NCBI RefSeq assembly: GCF_004010195.1
Contig: NC_057718.1
Location: 101,280,629-101,344,628, forward strand
Source: Chiloscyllium plagiosum
Taxonomy: Eukaryota
DNA: 64,000 bases
Direction: 5' to 3'
The position numbers and the translations under genes were made by a program. Positions 62,612-64,000 of the stretch are shown one piece after another (the stretch's first letter is position 1; each line of letters starts with the position of its first letter). The notes under the pieces were generated by a model that did no database searches, was not told where the DNA came from, and was given only the letters and a program-made list of their open reading frames with translations.

Positions 62612-63018
62612 CTGTTGAAACTTTATTGCTGGAACAGCACAGCAGGTCAGGCAGCATCCAGGGAACAGGAGATTCGACGTTTCGGGCACAGGCCCTTCTT
62701 CAGGAATGAGCAGAGAGTGTTCAGCAGGAGAAGATAAAAGGTAGGGAGGAGGGACTTGGAGGAGGGGCGTTGGAAATGTGATAGGTGGAAAGAGGTCAAG
62801 GTGAGGGTGATAGGTCGGAGTAGGATGGAGGCGGAGAGGTCAAGAAGAAGACTGCAGGTCAGGAAGGCGGTGCCGGGCTGGAGGGATCCGGCTGAGACAA
62901 GGTGGGGGGAGGGGGGATGAAGAAACTGGTGAAGTCCAAGTTCATCCCCTGCGGTTGGAGGGTTCCCAGTCGGAAGATAAGACGCTCCTCCTCCGACCGT
63001 CGGGTTGTTGTGGTTTGA
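62612..63018 (-). mobile_element. Penelope-like element 3' part with endonuclease C-terminus
   Basis: Minus strand translates RSEEERLIFRLGTLQPQGMNLDFTSF, followed by a pyrimidine-rich UTR and the hammerhead; CpGs retained. Confidence 0.88.
62676..62703 (-). ncRNA. Minimal type-I hammerhead ribozyme motif, intact core
   Basis: Minus strand CTGAAGA-A-GGGC-CTGT-GCCC-GAAAC-GTC. Confidence 0.8.
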
Positions 63019-64000
63019 TCAGATCCTCCACAGGAGATGACCTCCTAACCCTAACAATGTACCAACATGGATTAACGCCTGACTAGCCACCAGGATACAT
63101 GAACATCAACTAACCACAAAACAACAAGACCCACTCTCACTAGAACTTGTCTTGAATTCTGACCTGTAACAGCCATGCTCCTGCTGTATTCCCCACCTCT
63201 CTATCCCAGTTCTCACTTTTTGAGAGGGGGGGGGGGGGAAGGAGTTGAGTCACGGCATTTTCCAATCCTCCAAAGGGGCTTGCAGTAGGAAAAGGTTTGG
63301 GAAGCCCTGAATGATTAAGGGGGTTGTGTAGAGGAAGAGGAGTAAGCCATTCAGCCCATCAAGCCCGCTCTGCCATTTAAATACGATCATCACAGAATCG
63401 CACTGAATTGTTATGGTGCAGAAAGAGGCCATTTGGCCCATCCTACCTGCACTGATCCTTCGTATGAGCACCATTCCCTAGTGCCAGTCTCCTGCTTTCC
63501 TCTCATATCCTTGCACGGTATTTCTTTCCAAATAACCATCCAATGTCCGTCTTGAATGCCTCAATTGAACCTGCCTCCACCATATTTCCAGGGAGTGCAT
63601 TCCGTGCCCTAACCACTCACTGAGTGAAAAATATTCTCAATTCACTCTTGCGGCTTTTAAACATCCCTTTAAATCCACGCCTCTCTCATTTCTTGTTCCT
63701 TGTGTGAGAGGCAACAGCTTCTTTCTTCTACTCTCTCCAGCCGCCTCATAATTTTGAAAATCTGTATCGAATCTATCGCCGAGCGAACACTTCAATGCTT
63801 TTTACCCATACTATGGGTCATTGGCAGTCAGACATGTATCAATCTCTGTTTTTTTACACAGACTAAAGGCCTCAGCTTCCTCAGCTGTCTGTGGGGCACC
63901 GTTCCCTATACATGGTGCAGCCACTGGAGGGTTCCACAAAAGCAGAACAGTGCACTGATGCATTGGCTTCCTCAAAACACTATTGTGCACTCTGTGCAGC

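Overview
Eukaryotic, repeat-rich DNA with no recognisable gene. It is almost certainly from a cartilaginous fish (shark): it carries HE1-type tRNA-derived SINEs, their partner CR1/HER1 LINEs and older Deu-domain SINE and L2-like relics. I could not identify any intact host protein-coding gene. The ORFs with recognisable content are all retroelement fragments: CR1 reverse transcriptase, and Penelope-like RT (YIDD) and GIY-YIG endonuclease. The main signal is a dense set of more than 25 short Penelope-like element (PLE) insertions in at least five sequence families. Many are asymmetric hairpins with 10-17 bp target-site duplications. They carry a minimal type-I hammerhead ribozyme motif (CTGANGA-N-stemII-GAAA-palindromic stem III), and about 11 copies have an intact core. 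Stem II covaries between families. Also present: a staircase of re-primed RT copies inside one PLE, a PLE-derived 36-bp minisatellite, a solo LTR, a tRNA-Gly(CCC) pseudogene, a foldback duplication, a local duplication preserving an empty insertion site, three N gaps, and repeat-free blocks that may be regulatory. Family names A-E are my own labels. Repeat boundaries were read by eye and are approximate unless a TSD is given.
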